This document shows, one piece after another, positions 47,820 through 56,607 of a stretch of DNA of 64,000 nucleotides. Under the pieces are notes generated by a model, which was not told where the DNA came from, did not search any database, and saw only the letters and a list, made by a program, of their open reading frames with translations. The translations under genes and the position numbers were made by a program. Every line of letters begins with the position of its first letter. The first letter of the stretch is position 1. Origin of the DNA: a virus (lineage: Duplodnaviria; Caudoviricetes); the IMG/VR virus record IMGVR_UViG_3300028048_000038, positions 256,001-320,000 of that record, one strand, 5' to 3'.

Positions 47820-48104
47820 TCAAGTTTCTTTGTTAATGTGTTCTTGGTCATTTTGTGCTAATTTAACGAATTTCTCAAGTACATTATCATTGCACACCGA
47901 ATTGATGCTAACAAAGTAATGTACCTCAATCGATGCTATTGACTGAACGATATTACCCCTCTTTTGATATTCCTCACGTATAAGACGTTTAATGGCGTTT
48001 CTAAGTGATTTTCTGCTAGTGGCACGTGCTGTTATATTCTTGTTTTCCACTAGATTTATCTCACCATCTTTGTCAGAAACGTAATATGATATTTTGTAGT
48101 TCAT
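47820..48104 (-). CDS. hypothetical protein (early cassette)
   Basis: 94-aa ORF flanked by short coupled ORFs. Confidence 0.55.
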   Translation of the reverse strand: MNYKISYYVSDKDGEINLVENKNITARATSRKSLRNAIKRLIREEYQKRGNIVQSIASIEVHYFVSINSVCNDNVLEKFVKLAQNDQEHINKET

Positions 48105-48255
48105 TTTGCAAGTTTCATTACCACGTTGCCCAAATTTGCTTTCATACCCTCAGTTGATATACCAATAGAAACTCTACCATCGTTACCAACTACTATACTT
48201 CTAACGTTTTTCTTCATAACCCCTTATAATCGTTTAAAATACATTATTAGATTTG

Positions 48256-48468
48256 TCATGATTCAAATAGAACTAAAATACAACACACGATGAACCAAAT
48301 GACCACCACAACAAGGGCACAGACAAGCCATACCTCAATGCCAAACCAAATAATGTCACTGTAGGTCATTGCTGTCATGCCGACTTTCTTAAGTGCAATG
48401 AGAACACCAACAACTACTGCTGGAATTCCAACACTAGAACTAGCATAAGCTGACTTATTATTATCCAT
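48256..48468 (-). CDS. small two-TM membrane protein
   Basis: Two hydrophobic segments; first gene after promoter. Confidence 0.6.
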   Translation of the reverse strand: MDNNKSAYASSSVGIPAVVVGVLIALKKVGMTAMTYSDIIWFGIEVWLVCALVVVVIWFIVCCILVLFES

Positions 48469-48502
48469 TTCTCTATAATTTGTTTTTTATCGTTTCGTGC
48501 TG

Positions 48503-48534
48503 CAAAGATACGAATAAATTTAGAAATGACCAAA
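48503..48534 (-). promoter_or_regulatory. Bacteroidota sigmaA-type promoter
   Basis: TTTG-N20-TATCTTTG. Confidence 0.8.
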
Positions 48535-48683
48535 TTTTGAACTGAAATATAACGTTTATTAACGTTTTGGAGATATTTATATAAAAATATGAGATGGTAT
48601 GGATGAAATCATTAAATATTACATAATCAAAAGCGCACTAGTTCTTCAATGGGCTAATGCGCTTTTTTTCTAAACTAATTTTT

Positions 48684-49493
48684 ATGGGAAAAAAGAAAAA
48701 CTTGAAGGAAAGCATCACTGAATTGGAAATGGAATTCATTGAGCAAAAGATGAAAGGAGACTGTGCTCTCAATTATCTTACATCGGAAGGGTTATGTTCT
48801 AAATTAAAAACACTTGGTTATAAAATAGATATTAAGTGTAAAAACGAAAAACAAAAAGAGTTCTTGAAATTACTTAAAAACAAAAATTACCAAATATGCT
48901 TTGGAGTTGGCTCACCAGGTACTGGAAAATCCTATCTCTCACTTGCATATGCACTTAAGGAGTTAAAGGACGGTAATTATTCAAACATCATTATGATGAT
49001 ACCTACGGCTCCAGCAGGAGGATTAGACCTAAACCTAGGCTACCTTAAAGGTGATTTAGAAACCAAGATACAACCATATCTTGAGTGTGATGAACAGACA
49101 ATCACAAAGATTTTAAGGAATAGTGGAAATGCTGACCCGTACATGACAGCACAATCCTTAATAAGTAATAACTACATAAAATACGAATTCATTAATTTTG
49201 CATTGGGTAAAACATTCGATAATGCCTTAATATGTGTCAATGAATGTGAACAATATACCAAGGAAAATCTAAGATTGATACTTACAAGATTGGGTGAAAA
49301 TAGTAAAATGATTTTAACTGGTGATTCTCTACAAACAAACCGTAGAGATATTGTTACAAAAAAATCAGAAAGTGGACTACTATACGCAATAGAACATATA
49401 GGTAAATTAGATGAGGTTGGAATCACAGAGTTTACAAGAGAAGACATAGTAAGAAATCCATTAATTACAAAAATACTAGACAATTGGGATTAA
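48684..49493 (+). CDS. phoH: PhoH-family ATPase
   Basis: GSPGTGKS, LGYLKGDLETK, GKTFDNA, LTRLGENSK, GDSLQ, DIVRNPL. Confidence 0.9.
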   Translation: MGKKKNLKESITELEMEFIEQKMKGDCALNYLTSEGLCSKLKTLGYKIDIKCKNEKQKEFLKLLKNKNYQICFGVGSPGTGKSYLSLAYALKELKDGNYSNIIMMIPTAPAGGLDLNLGYLKGDLETKIQPYLECDEQTITKILRNSGNADPYMTAQSLISNNYIKYEFINFALGKTFDNALICVNECEQYTKENLRLILTRLGENSKMILTGDSLQTNRRDIVTKKSESGLLYAIEHIGKLDEVGITEFTREDIVRNPLITKILDNWD

Positions 49494-49556
49494 TAATAGA
49501 TATAAGGGTAGGTATTTTCCTACCCTTTTGATATTTATAGAAAATATTGTTTTATA

Positions 49557-50735
49557 ATGGATTGGAACGAATTTTCACAAAGATTAAATGACAAAATGGA
49601 TAAAACATTTAAGCCAACCGTAGAATGGATGACAGCCAAATATACTGAAATGAATGATGAGTTGTTTGGTGGTGAATTGGGCGATTGTAGTTTTGCCATC
49701 TTTACTACTGGTCGTGGTTCTGAAGGTGGTACTCTTGGTTGGTTTAAGATAACTGGACGCAACATCTATATAAATAGATACAGCCGCAAAATGTATAAGA
49801 ATAACGGTTGGGAAAAGATAGACATTGATAGGAAGAACTTTGTTGGTTTATGCCAGCCTAGAATAGAACTGAATGGTAACTATAGCGGAACTGAGCATTC
49901 TTTCTTAGCTACATTGGTGCATGAAATGTGCCACTACTACACCTATATGTACGGCTATGCCCCAAAACAAGGGCATGGAAGAGAGTTCAAGGAGATTGGC
50001 TATATCGTATCACAGCGTTCAAATGGAATGTTTACCATACAAAGACTTGCGAGTGCCGAACAGATGACTGAAATGGAGTTAAACGATACAATGAAGGCTA
50101 AAAGGGCTAAAAGGTTAGCAAACAAAAAATCATCTGTAACCGCCATTATCGTTTTCACAAAAGAAGGAAAAGTCAAACTCACAATTACTTCCAATCAATC
50201 GCTAGTAAACATGATTTCAACTAGTGAGAAAGAAAGAGGTGATAATGTTGTTACAACAAACGATGCTGAAATTATAGAGTATTTATTCTCCAAGGGATAC
50301 AGAAAAAATATGAGAACATGGAGATATTGGAGTCTTGAAGATAAACCTTGGCTTGGTGAGCTGAAGAGTATGTTGCCAGAGGTTAGTGGGGAAACATTAG
50401 GAATAAGAAGACCAGCAGCGCAACAAGTTCCACCTAAACATACAAAAATGATATTCTCAATCAAAACAAGTAACGGAGTATTCGAGACTGAGGTAACAAC
50501 TCCAAACGATTTAAAAAGGAAACTTAGAGAAAGATTTCCAAAACTTAATGATGAAGCAATAGAAAGATTGTTCAATAATAATGCTAACTACAGAATGGTT
50601 GAAAATATAATGAATACAAAAACAATTATTAAGGAAGTTATTGAAGAATTCATGAGTAATGAGATGAATAATGATGCAATTGCAATAGACCCAGATATGA
50701 ACTTGGGGTTACAGTCACCGTTAGAAGGTGAATAA
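49557..50735 (+). CDS. SprT-like zinc metalloprotease
   Basis: N.ELFGGEL, TLVHEMCH, HGREF; late motif 49531-49539; C-terminal IIKEVIEE helix. Confidence 0.75.
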   Translation: MDWNEFSQRLNDKMDKTFKPTVEWMTAKYTEMNDELFGGELGDCSFAIFTTGRGSEGGTLGWFKITGRNIYINRYSRKMYKNNGWEKIDIDRKNFVGLCQPRIELNGNYSGTEHSFLATLVHEMCHYYTYMYGYAPKQGHGREFKEIGYIVSQRSNGMFTIQRLASAEQMTEMELNDTMKAKRAKRLANKKSSVTAIIVFTKEGKVKLTITSNQSLVNMISTSEKERGDNVVTTNDAEIIEYLFSKGYRKNMRTWRYWSLEDKPWLGELKSMLPEVSGETLGIRRPAAQQVPPKHTKMIFSIKTSNGVFETEVTTPNDLKRKLRERFPKLNDEAIERLFNNNANYRMVENIMNTKTIIKEVIEEFMSNEMNNDAIAIDPDMNLGLQSPLEGE

Positions 50736-50742
50736 AAACAAT

Positions 50743-50772
50743 AAAGCGAGATTCTTAGTTGAGTCTCGCTTT
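50743..50772. terminator. bidirectional terminator, inverted near-copy of 9031-9060
   Basis: 29/30 identical to the reverse complement of 9031-9060. Confidence 0.75.
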
Positions 50773-50779
50773 TTTTCTG

Positions 50780-51694
50780 TTATGATATTCTAACATATTC
50801 TGAAAGGATTGAATTAATGTCATATCCTTCAAGTTGCTTGATATAACCAGGCCAGTCACCACATTGTTCCATACCAGCCCAAGGATGTACGTGATTCATA
50901 ATTGCTCCTTTCATAATTGTAAGGAGTTCGACAAGTTTATCACCCTTTGGTACTTGATGTAATCTATCCATTACAATATCAGAATCTTCATCCTTAATCA
51001 AAGCATCCTTATCGTGTACATTGTCACAAACGTTATTATCCTTATTACTAATAAGGTTAATATTGTCGGCTACCATGTTAATCATGCTAGATACTTGATG
51101 GTTTTGGTTCTTTGCAAGTCCACTCTTATACTTTAATTGTATATAAGCTGGGTCTATGTTATTAAACATGATATTTCCTATCAAACCATTTTCTCTAGTC
51201 ATTGATGGTTCTGTACGAATTCCAGCACGGATATCAACCTCACTCTTCTTTGTGGATTCATTATATTTTAGCGTAACATCTTCAGAACCTCTACCAACAA
51301 CAGATACATCTTCATTGTTTGGAAAAGCTCCTCTAGTCATGTCGAAGTTAGATATCTTCTCAATAGGGTTGAATTCGAAATTTTTAAAGGTAGAAGTAGC
51401 ATCTTCCTTTTTATCATAAGTCATGTATTGAGGTTGAGCAATAACTGGTCCAATATAGTATCTTTGGGATTTGTTGTTGTTACTATCCTCACAAACAACC
51501 AAAACTGCTTCGCCTACTTTTGGTAATACATGGAAAACTTTAGGCAATAAAGGGAATGCCCAAGGAATATCCTCTAATTTCCTTGGTTTATCTTCTGTCA
51601 ATTCTGCCCTAACACGCATACCATCACTGCCATTCTTTGAATAGACATTCTCGACCTCTCTAACCTTTCCGACTTTTACAATTATATTAGCCAT
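50780..51694 (-). CDS. baseplate central spike (gp5/gpV-like)
   Basis: WAFPLLP...PKVGEAV.V, RYYIG; C-terminal HVHP. Confidence 0.65.
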   Translation of the reverse strand: MANIIVKVGKVREVENVYSKNGSDGMRVRAELTEDKPRKLEDIPWAFPLLPKVFHVLPKVGEAVLVVCEDSNNNKSQRYYIGPVIAQPQYMTYDKKEDATSTFKNFEFNPIEKISNFDMTRGAFPNNEDVSVVGRGSEDVTLKYNESTKKSEVDIRAGIRTEPSMTRENGLIGNIMFNNIDPAYIQLKYKSGLAKNQNHQVSSMINMVADNINLISNKDNNVCDNVHDKDALIKDEDSDIVMDRLHQVPKGDKLVELLTIMKGAIMNHVHPWAGMEQCGDWPGYIKQLEGYDINSILSEYVRIS

Positions 51695-51878
51695 CCTTTA
51701 ATATACCTCTTTTTTGTAACTCTTCATTTGCCTTAATGTATAATTCATCAAGCTCTGTTAATTCTTGAATCAATGCAATGATTTTATCTTTTTTTACATT
51801 GTATTCATTTTCGTAACCCATAATCTTAATATTGATTTCTGCGTTACTTAATTTTGTAAAATCTACTTTTTTCTTCAT
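51687..51878 (-). CDS. small coiled-coil protein
   Basis: 63-aa ORF in operon. Confidence 0.55.
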   Translation of the reverse strand: MKKKVDFTKLSNAEINIKIMGYENEYNVKKDKIIALIQELTELDELYIKANEELQKRGILKDG

Positions 51879-51881
51879 AAA

Positions 51882-52244
51882 CTAAAACACTCCACCAAGT
51901 CCTAAACCTGTATTATTAACTGGCGTTGTCTGTAATGTTCCAGGGGTTATCCCAACTTGTATTGACGCATCATTTTTAAGTCCTCTGTATATTTCCTTTG
52001 TTGAAGCAAAGAATGCCCCAACTGTTAGATTTGAGCTACCATCTGGCATCGGTCCAGTAGGTATACCAAGTCTATTTAAATCCTTAACAATATTTGATAC
52101 TGAATAGATAGTTGAAAGTCCAGGTCTACGTATCATTGAACACACCAATAAGATTCTGTTAATCTGTGGAAATGGTGGTCTGACATCATTAAAGAAATTA
52201 GTGATAGTATTACAAATCTGTTCTATACCCATAATATTTAACAA
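51882..52244 (-). CDS. putative baseplate-associated protein
   Basis: ORF in spike operon. Confidence 0.5.
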   Translation of the reverse strand: MLNIMGIEQICNTITNFFNDVRPPFPQINRILLVCSMIRRPGLSTIYSVSNIVKDLNRLGIPTGPMPDGSSNLTVGAFFASTKEIYRGLKNDASIQVGITPGTLQTTPVNNTGLGLGGVF

Positions 52245-54406
52245 TTTTCTTTAGGCTTTTCAGCATTTATTATTTCATTAATATCAATATCAGCATAATC
52301 AACAGTATCAAGTTTAACTTCTTTTGGCTGATAGCCAAAATTAAACCAAACCATAGGACAATTTTTGATAATACTATTGATTGCAGAAGTGTATTCTTCA
52401 ATTTGTTCTCTGAGTAATATTGACTCTATCATTTCCTTAAGTGGTTGTAAATACTTTAGAACAAGTTTAATAAGTTCTTGTATAACAAGGTCACGAACTT
52501 CTTTGATAATAGATATTATTATTCCTTGCATTGCCTTTAACAAGTCCTCGATTGTAAATACTTTCCAATTACCACCCATGATTTGTCTATTAACCTCTAA
52601 CAGTAATAATACCTTTGGTGATAAAATCGCATTAATAATTGCAAATACAAGGTTCTCAATTAAATCAAATACAAATCCAAATTCTATGCTGTATTTATCC
52701 TCTTCTTCAGCACCATTGGCAACTGCTATAGATGCTTGCGTGATTGCACGGTTAATAACGTCTATTCGTTCCTCTAAAGATGATGCAGAGTCATATTCAT
52801 CTAGAATCTCATAAACTTTATCAAGTCCATCAGAACTTGCATTTGAGCCAAATGCATAATCTTTGGCTCTCTTTTCTTCACTAGACCTTAACAGTTGATT
52901 ATATTTTTCATTGTCGAATGAAAAATAACAATCCTCAACTGAAGAATCATCAGAGTTTATAATATTTTTTATGATTTCCTTAATCTTATCTGTAGCATCT
53001 TGATGTTTCTTACCAAGAGATGCATTTAATCCTAATCTAGTATTTACAAGGGTATCCAATAATGTTGTAGCCATGACTTTGGCATCGAACAATTTCATAC
53101 CCATTACAAAATCATAATTAAATTCATAAACAGTCAATCCCTTATAACACTCTACTAAATGTTTCTTGAGTTCGTTTTTATCAGTAATACTAACATTTCC
53201 ACTTCTTATGTTGATTTTAATATCAGTAGTCCCAGTAGTATATGTTGCATAATTCTCAAATTTCGTATATGAAGCTTCTGGTAACTCTTCTTGGTCAAAT
53301 ACAACAGTATACTTTCCATTTATGTCATAATTTCCTTGACTATCAAACAATAAAGGTACAAAACCCCAAGGTTTTTCGCCTTCATCAACTTTCGGAATAT
53401 GAATAAAAGGTTTTGGCTTTATAGTTAATCTAACGATATTATTAACCAATCCGTTTGAAGGGTAAATATTACTAGATGCAGTATCAAAATATTGTAAATT
53501 ACATAATGCGATTTCTTTAGAAAAATCCCTAGACTCAAATCTCTTTTCCCCAAAACCAAGATTCTTTTTTAAATAATCTGCACGTCTTACATACCAGTTT
53601 ACACTACATATGTTTGATGATGTTGGAACTAATATATTTGAAATTATTTTATTCTCACTATCGTATTTTCTATCAATACACATTGAGACTATAGAATGTT
53701 GATAATTTGGATATGTAAAAGTATTACCCAACATTATTGAAGAAGGACTATCGGAATTAAAGTCAACTTGAACTGCATCTAATATTGATGGGTTTGGTAT
53801 TGTTTTACCACCAATTCCATGTATAGAACCAGATATAGAACTAAAGTTTGATGAACTTGGGAATTTACCCTTATGTATTACAAACCACAAAAATGCATCA
53901 AAGTCCTCTGCCCTTGCAAACTTATACACATCATCAATACCATCAAGACCAAAATACATTTCCTTTCCAAAATCGCTCAATGGATTCTCAGACAATTTAT
54001 TTAGAAAATCAATAGACTCGATACTAATATTAATACCATAACCTTCAATTTGTCCGCTACCACATCCAACATTAAGATTTTCCCTATATTTCTCTGGTAT
54101 TCTAGGGTCAACAGAACAAGAAACCATATTTTTAAGATTGGTAAGTAATATGGTTTTAACCGATACCTCCAATACTGGTAATATATATATCAAGAAATTA
54201 GCAAGATACTCCCTAAGTTCTTCATAAGTAACACCTAGGTGCTTTAACAATTGCAAGATATACCCTATTGGATTTGTTGCAAATGTCAAAGAAATACTAG
54301 GTGATGCAAGCATAATGTTCATTATTGCAATCACCTTATCAACCATTGCTTTCGCAGTATCAATGGTTGCCATTGCTTCTTGCTGTTTATCCTTGATGTT
54401 AGCCAT
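52238..54406 (-). CDS. large putative structural protein
   Basis: 722-aa ORF in a late operon upstream of the spike. Confidence 0.6.
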   Translation of the reverse strand: MANIKDKQQEAMATIDTAKAMVDKVIAIMNIMLASPSISLTFATNPIGYILQLLKHLGVTYEELREYLANFLIYILPVLEVSVKTILLTNLKNMVSCSVDPRIPEKYRENLNVGCGSGQIEGYGINISIESIDFLNKLSENPLSDFGKEMYFGLDGIDDVYKFARAEDFDAFLWFVIHKGKFPSSSNFSSISGSIHGIGGKTIPNPSILDAVQVDFNSDSPSSIMLGNTFTYPNYQHSIVSMCIDRKYDSENKIISNILVPTSSNICSVNWYVRRADYLKKNLGFGEKRFESRDFSKEIALCNLQYFDTASSNIYPSNGLVNNIVRLTIKPKPFIHIPKVDEGEKPWGFVPLLFDSQGNYDINGKYTVVFDQEELPEASYTKFENYATYTTGTTDIKINIRSGNVSITDKNELKKHLVECYKGLTVYEFNYDFVMGMKLFDAKVMATTLLDTLVNTRLGLNASLGKKHQDATDKIKEIIKNIINSDDSSVEDCYFSFDNEKYNQLLRSSEEKRAKDYAFGSNASSDGLDKVYEILDEYDSASSLEERIDVINRAITQASIAVANGAEEEDKYSIEFGFVFDLIENLVFAIINAILSPKVLLLLEVNRQIMGGNWKVFTIEDLLKAMQGIIISIIKEVRDLVIQELIKLVLKYLQPLKEMIESILLREQIEEYTSAINSIIKNCPMVWFNFGYQPKEVKLDTVDYADIDINEIINAEKPKENC

Positions 54407-54804
54407 TACTTCTTATTAAGTTCAATTGTCTTAGTTTTTTCCTCTTGCATGTTATTGTCAATCATCTTCTTAATGTCATCAAAGTTGAAGTCCATATTCT
54501 TGATATTTTCTCCATTTTCAATAGCGCCCTTAACATCACCATTATGATGGTATATGTCACTAAGAATCTTTGCAATATCCAATTTCTTTGATATTGCCTT
54601 ATCCTTTATGCCCAAATAATCGTTAATTATTTTTCCGTATTTTGCCTTTCCGTCAATGGATTCATCTTGCAATTGTGTTGCATTTGCCATCTTATTAATT
54701 TCATTCTGTGTTTGAACTATCTGTTCATCAGCTAGATTATAGGCATTCTGAAGCAAATCCCTTATGTTCTGTACATCGTTTATTTCTATCTTAAACTTAG
54801 CCAT
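54406..54804 (-). CDS. hypothetical late protein
   Basis: Late motif 54820-54828. Confidence 0.6.
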   Translation of the reverse strand: MAKFKIEINDVQNIRDLLQNAYNLADEQIVQTQNEINKMANATQLQDESIDGKAKYGKIINDYLGIKDKAISKKLDIAKILSDIYHHNGDVKGAIENGENIKNMDFNFDDIKKMIDNNMQEEKTKTIELNKK

Positions 54805-54839
54805 TTCTGTAATTTTAACTATAAATATTCAAAAATTGA

Positions 54840-55619
54840 TTATTCATTGATAAGTTTCCACTTAACTTCGTAATATCTTTTCTTATACACCTTAAGTGCA
54901 TCTCTTATTTCCTTCGTATTCAACATTGTGGTTTCTTTCAAGAACAAAAGTATCGAACTCTTATTGAATTTATTGCTGCCCATCTGTGCAAAAATATCAT
55001 CCCAATTTGTCATAAGATTAATAAGGGTCATACCAACCTTAACCTCATTTTCATTCAATCTAAGCTTATCCTTATCCTCTAGAATACGTTTAATATTATC
55101 AACGGTATTACCAGTCAATTCAGATAGAAAAGTCCTTCTAGGGTCTGTTTCATCATAAGAAAACCTTATATTATCATCAATACCTCCTTGCACTGATTCA
55201 TTAGGGGTATCATATGATTCATTACGCTTCTGATTCTTTGCAAATTGATTAATTTTATATATTAAATAGTTTTTACAAATTGTACCGCAATATGAATATG
55301 CTTTATAATTTGTTGAAGGGTCAAAACATGATAGTTTCGTCATAAGAAAAGACATTGTATCATCAAAAGTTTGTTGGAATTCTTCATCTGGTGGGTACAG
55401 ACTATATCTCCTTATGATTGATTCTATCATTTTAGTAAATGCTGGCTTTAGCGTTGTATTGAAGATTCTGTTCTTCTCCTTTTCATCGTCAGTTGAAATG
55501 TAATCTACAACAGCTTGCTCTTGCTCTTCGTAGAAATATCCTTTCCTTTCCTTGGAAGGTTTTCTACCTCTCTTTTTCTTAACTACTACTGTTTCTGTAA
55601 TTGCACTAGTTTCAGACAT
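54840..55619 (-). CDS. putative late sigma factor (T4 gp55-like)
   Basis: Basic N-terminus, YF...AVVDY, FDP...KAYSYCGTICKNYLI resembling sigma region 2; no region-4 HTH seen. Confidence 0.55.
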   Translation of the reverse strand: MSETSAITETVVVKKKRGRKPSKERKGYFYEEQEQAVVDYISTDDEKEKNRIFNTTLKPAFTKMIESIIRRYSLYPPDEEFQQTFDDTMSFLMTKLSCFDPSTNYKAYSYCGTICKNYLIYKINQFAKNQKRNESYDTPNESVQGGIDDNIRFSYDETDPRRTFLSELTGNTVDNIKRILEDKDKLRLNENEVKVGMTLINLMTNWDDIFAQMGSNKFNKSSILLFLKETTMLNTKEIRDALKVYKKRYYEVKWKLINE

Positions 55620-55781
55620 TTCTTTAATTATAGATATTTATATTTAGGTAAAATCCCCTAATTAGTTTACATTTTAATACTAAATATCTTATCAAAGGCA
55701 AATCTGTGCAATTTCAACACACTTTCTTTCACATTTTCTCAATTGAGAAAATCTTCGTGTTGCCATTTTTGATGACATTCT

Positions 55782-55817
55782 AAAAAAATGGTGCTAACTA
55801 CCAAAATTAGCACCATT
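55782..55817 (-). terminator. intrinsic terminator of the glycosyltransferase operon
   Basis: AATGGTGCTAA...TTAGCACCATT with A-run. Confidence 0.75.
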
Positions 55818-55833
55818 GATAAAGATTATATTA

Positions 55834-56607
55834 TTATTCTTTGGTATATTCTTTCTTTCTATCTTCCTTGAAGAAATACTCACGTTTCGCAAGGTCAAAC
55901 CACCATTGTGATTCCTCACTATCAACAGTCTCCTTATACATATTAACAAGAGAACCCTTTCTATCAAGAGTATGGTTATATCCTACCTTCGGTATTACAA
56001 ATACCTTCTTACCCTTATTGGTAGCACGTAGAAGCCATTCGTACCAAAAAGTAATCTTAATAGATGGTTTTAAACCTCCAACTTCTTGCCAATCAGCAAG
56101 ATTAAAGATTGAACCAGTTAGATAGAAATCGAAATAATTCTGCAAGCAGTCATTGTCAATATATCCTATCTCATTTGAGAAAGAGCTAGCCCATGCAGCC
56201 TCATTACCGAAACCAATATATTTTCCATTATTGAAATCTGTAATATCCTCAAGGAACATAAACACACTTGTATCTGGCATAAAGTCCATATATTTCTTAG
56301 CATTTGTAAGCCAAATTGGTGTATAAGTATCATCAAACTCAAGGATTGAAAACCACTTAACATCTGGGTTATTTGCAAAAGCCTTAACGCCATTTTCAAC
56401 CAACTCAGCAAATGTACTACCTTCTTCAACTGATGGTACTAATGCTGCTCTATCTGAAAGACCCTTTACCTTTGCTGGCGTAGTGCCCTTTGGTACTGAA
56501 AGACAGATTGACATACCCTCTGGCACTGATTCAATTGCCTTGTTAACAAGCTCTATATTCTCTTTACCGAACTCATGCATCGGTATGATTATTCCTAATT
56601 CTTTCAT
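55834..56607 (-). CDS. glycosyltransferase family 2-like (GT-A)
   Basis: LGIIIP, AIESV, WFSILEFDD, VGGLK, EWLLRA. Confidence 0.7.
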   Translation of the reverse strand: MKELGIIIPMHEFGKENIELVNKAIESVPEGMSICLSVPKGTTPAKVKGLSDRAALVPSVEEGSTFAELVENGVKAFANNPDVKWFSILEFDDTYTPIWLTNAKKYMDFMPDTSVFMFLEDITDFNNGKYIGFGNEAAWASSFSNEIGYIDNDCLQNYFDFYLTGSIFNLADWQEVGGLKPSIKITFWYEWLLRATNKGKKVFVIPKVGYNHTLDRKGSLVNMYKETVDSEESQWWFDLAKREYFFKEDRKKEYTKE

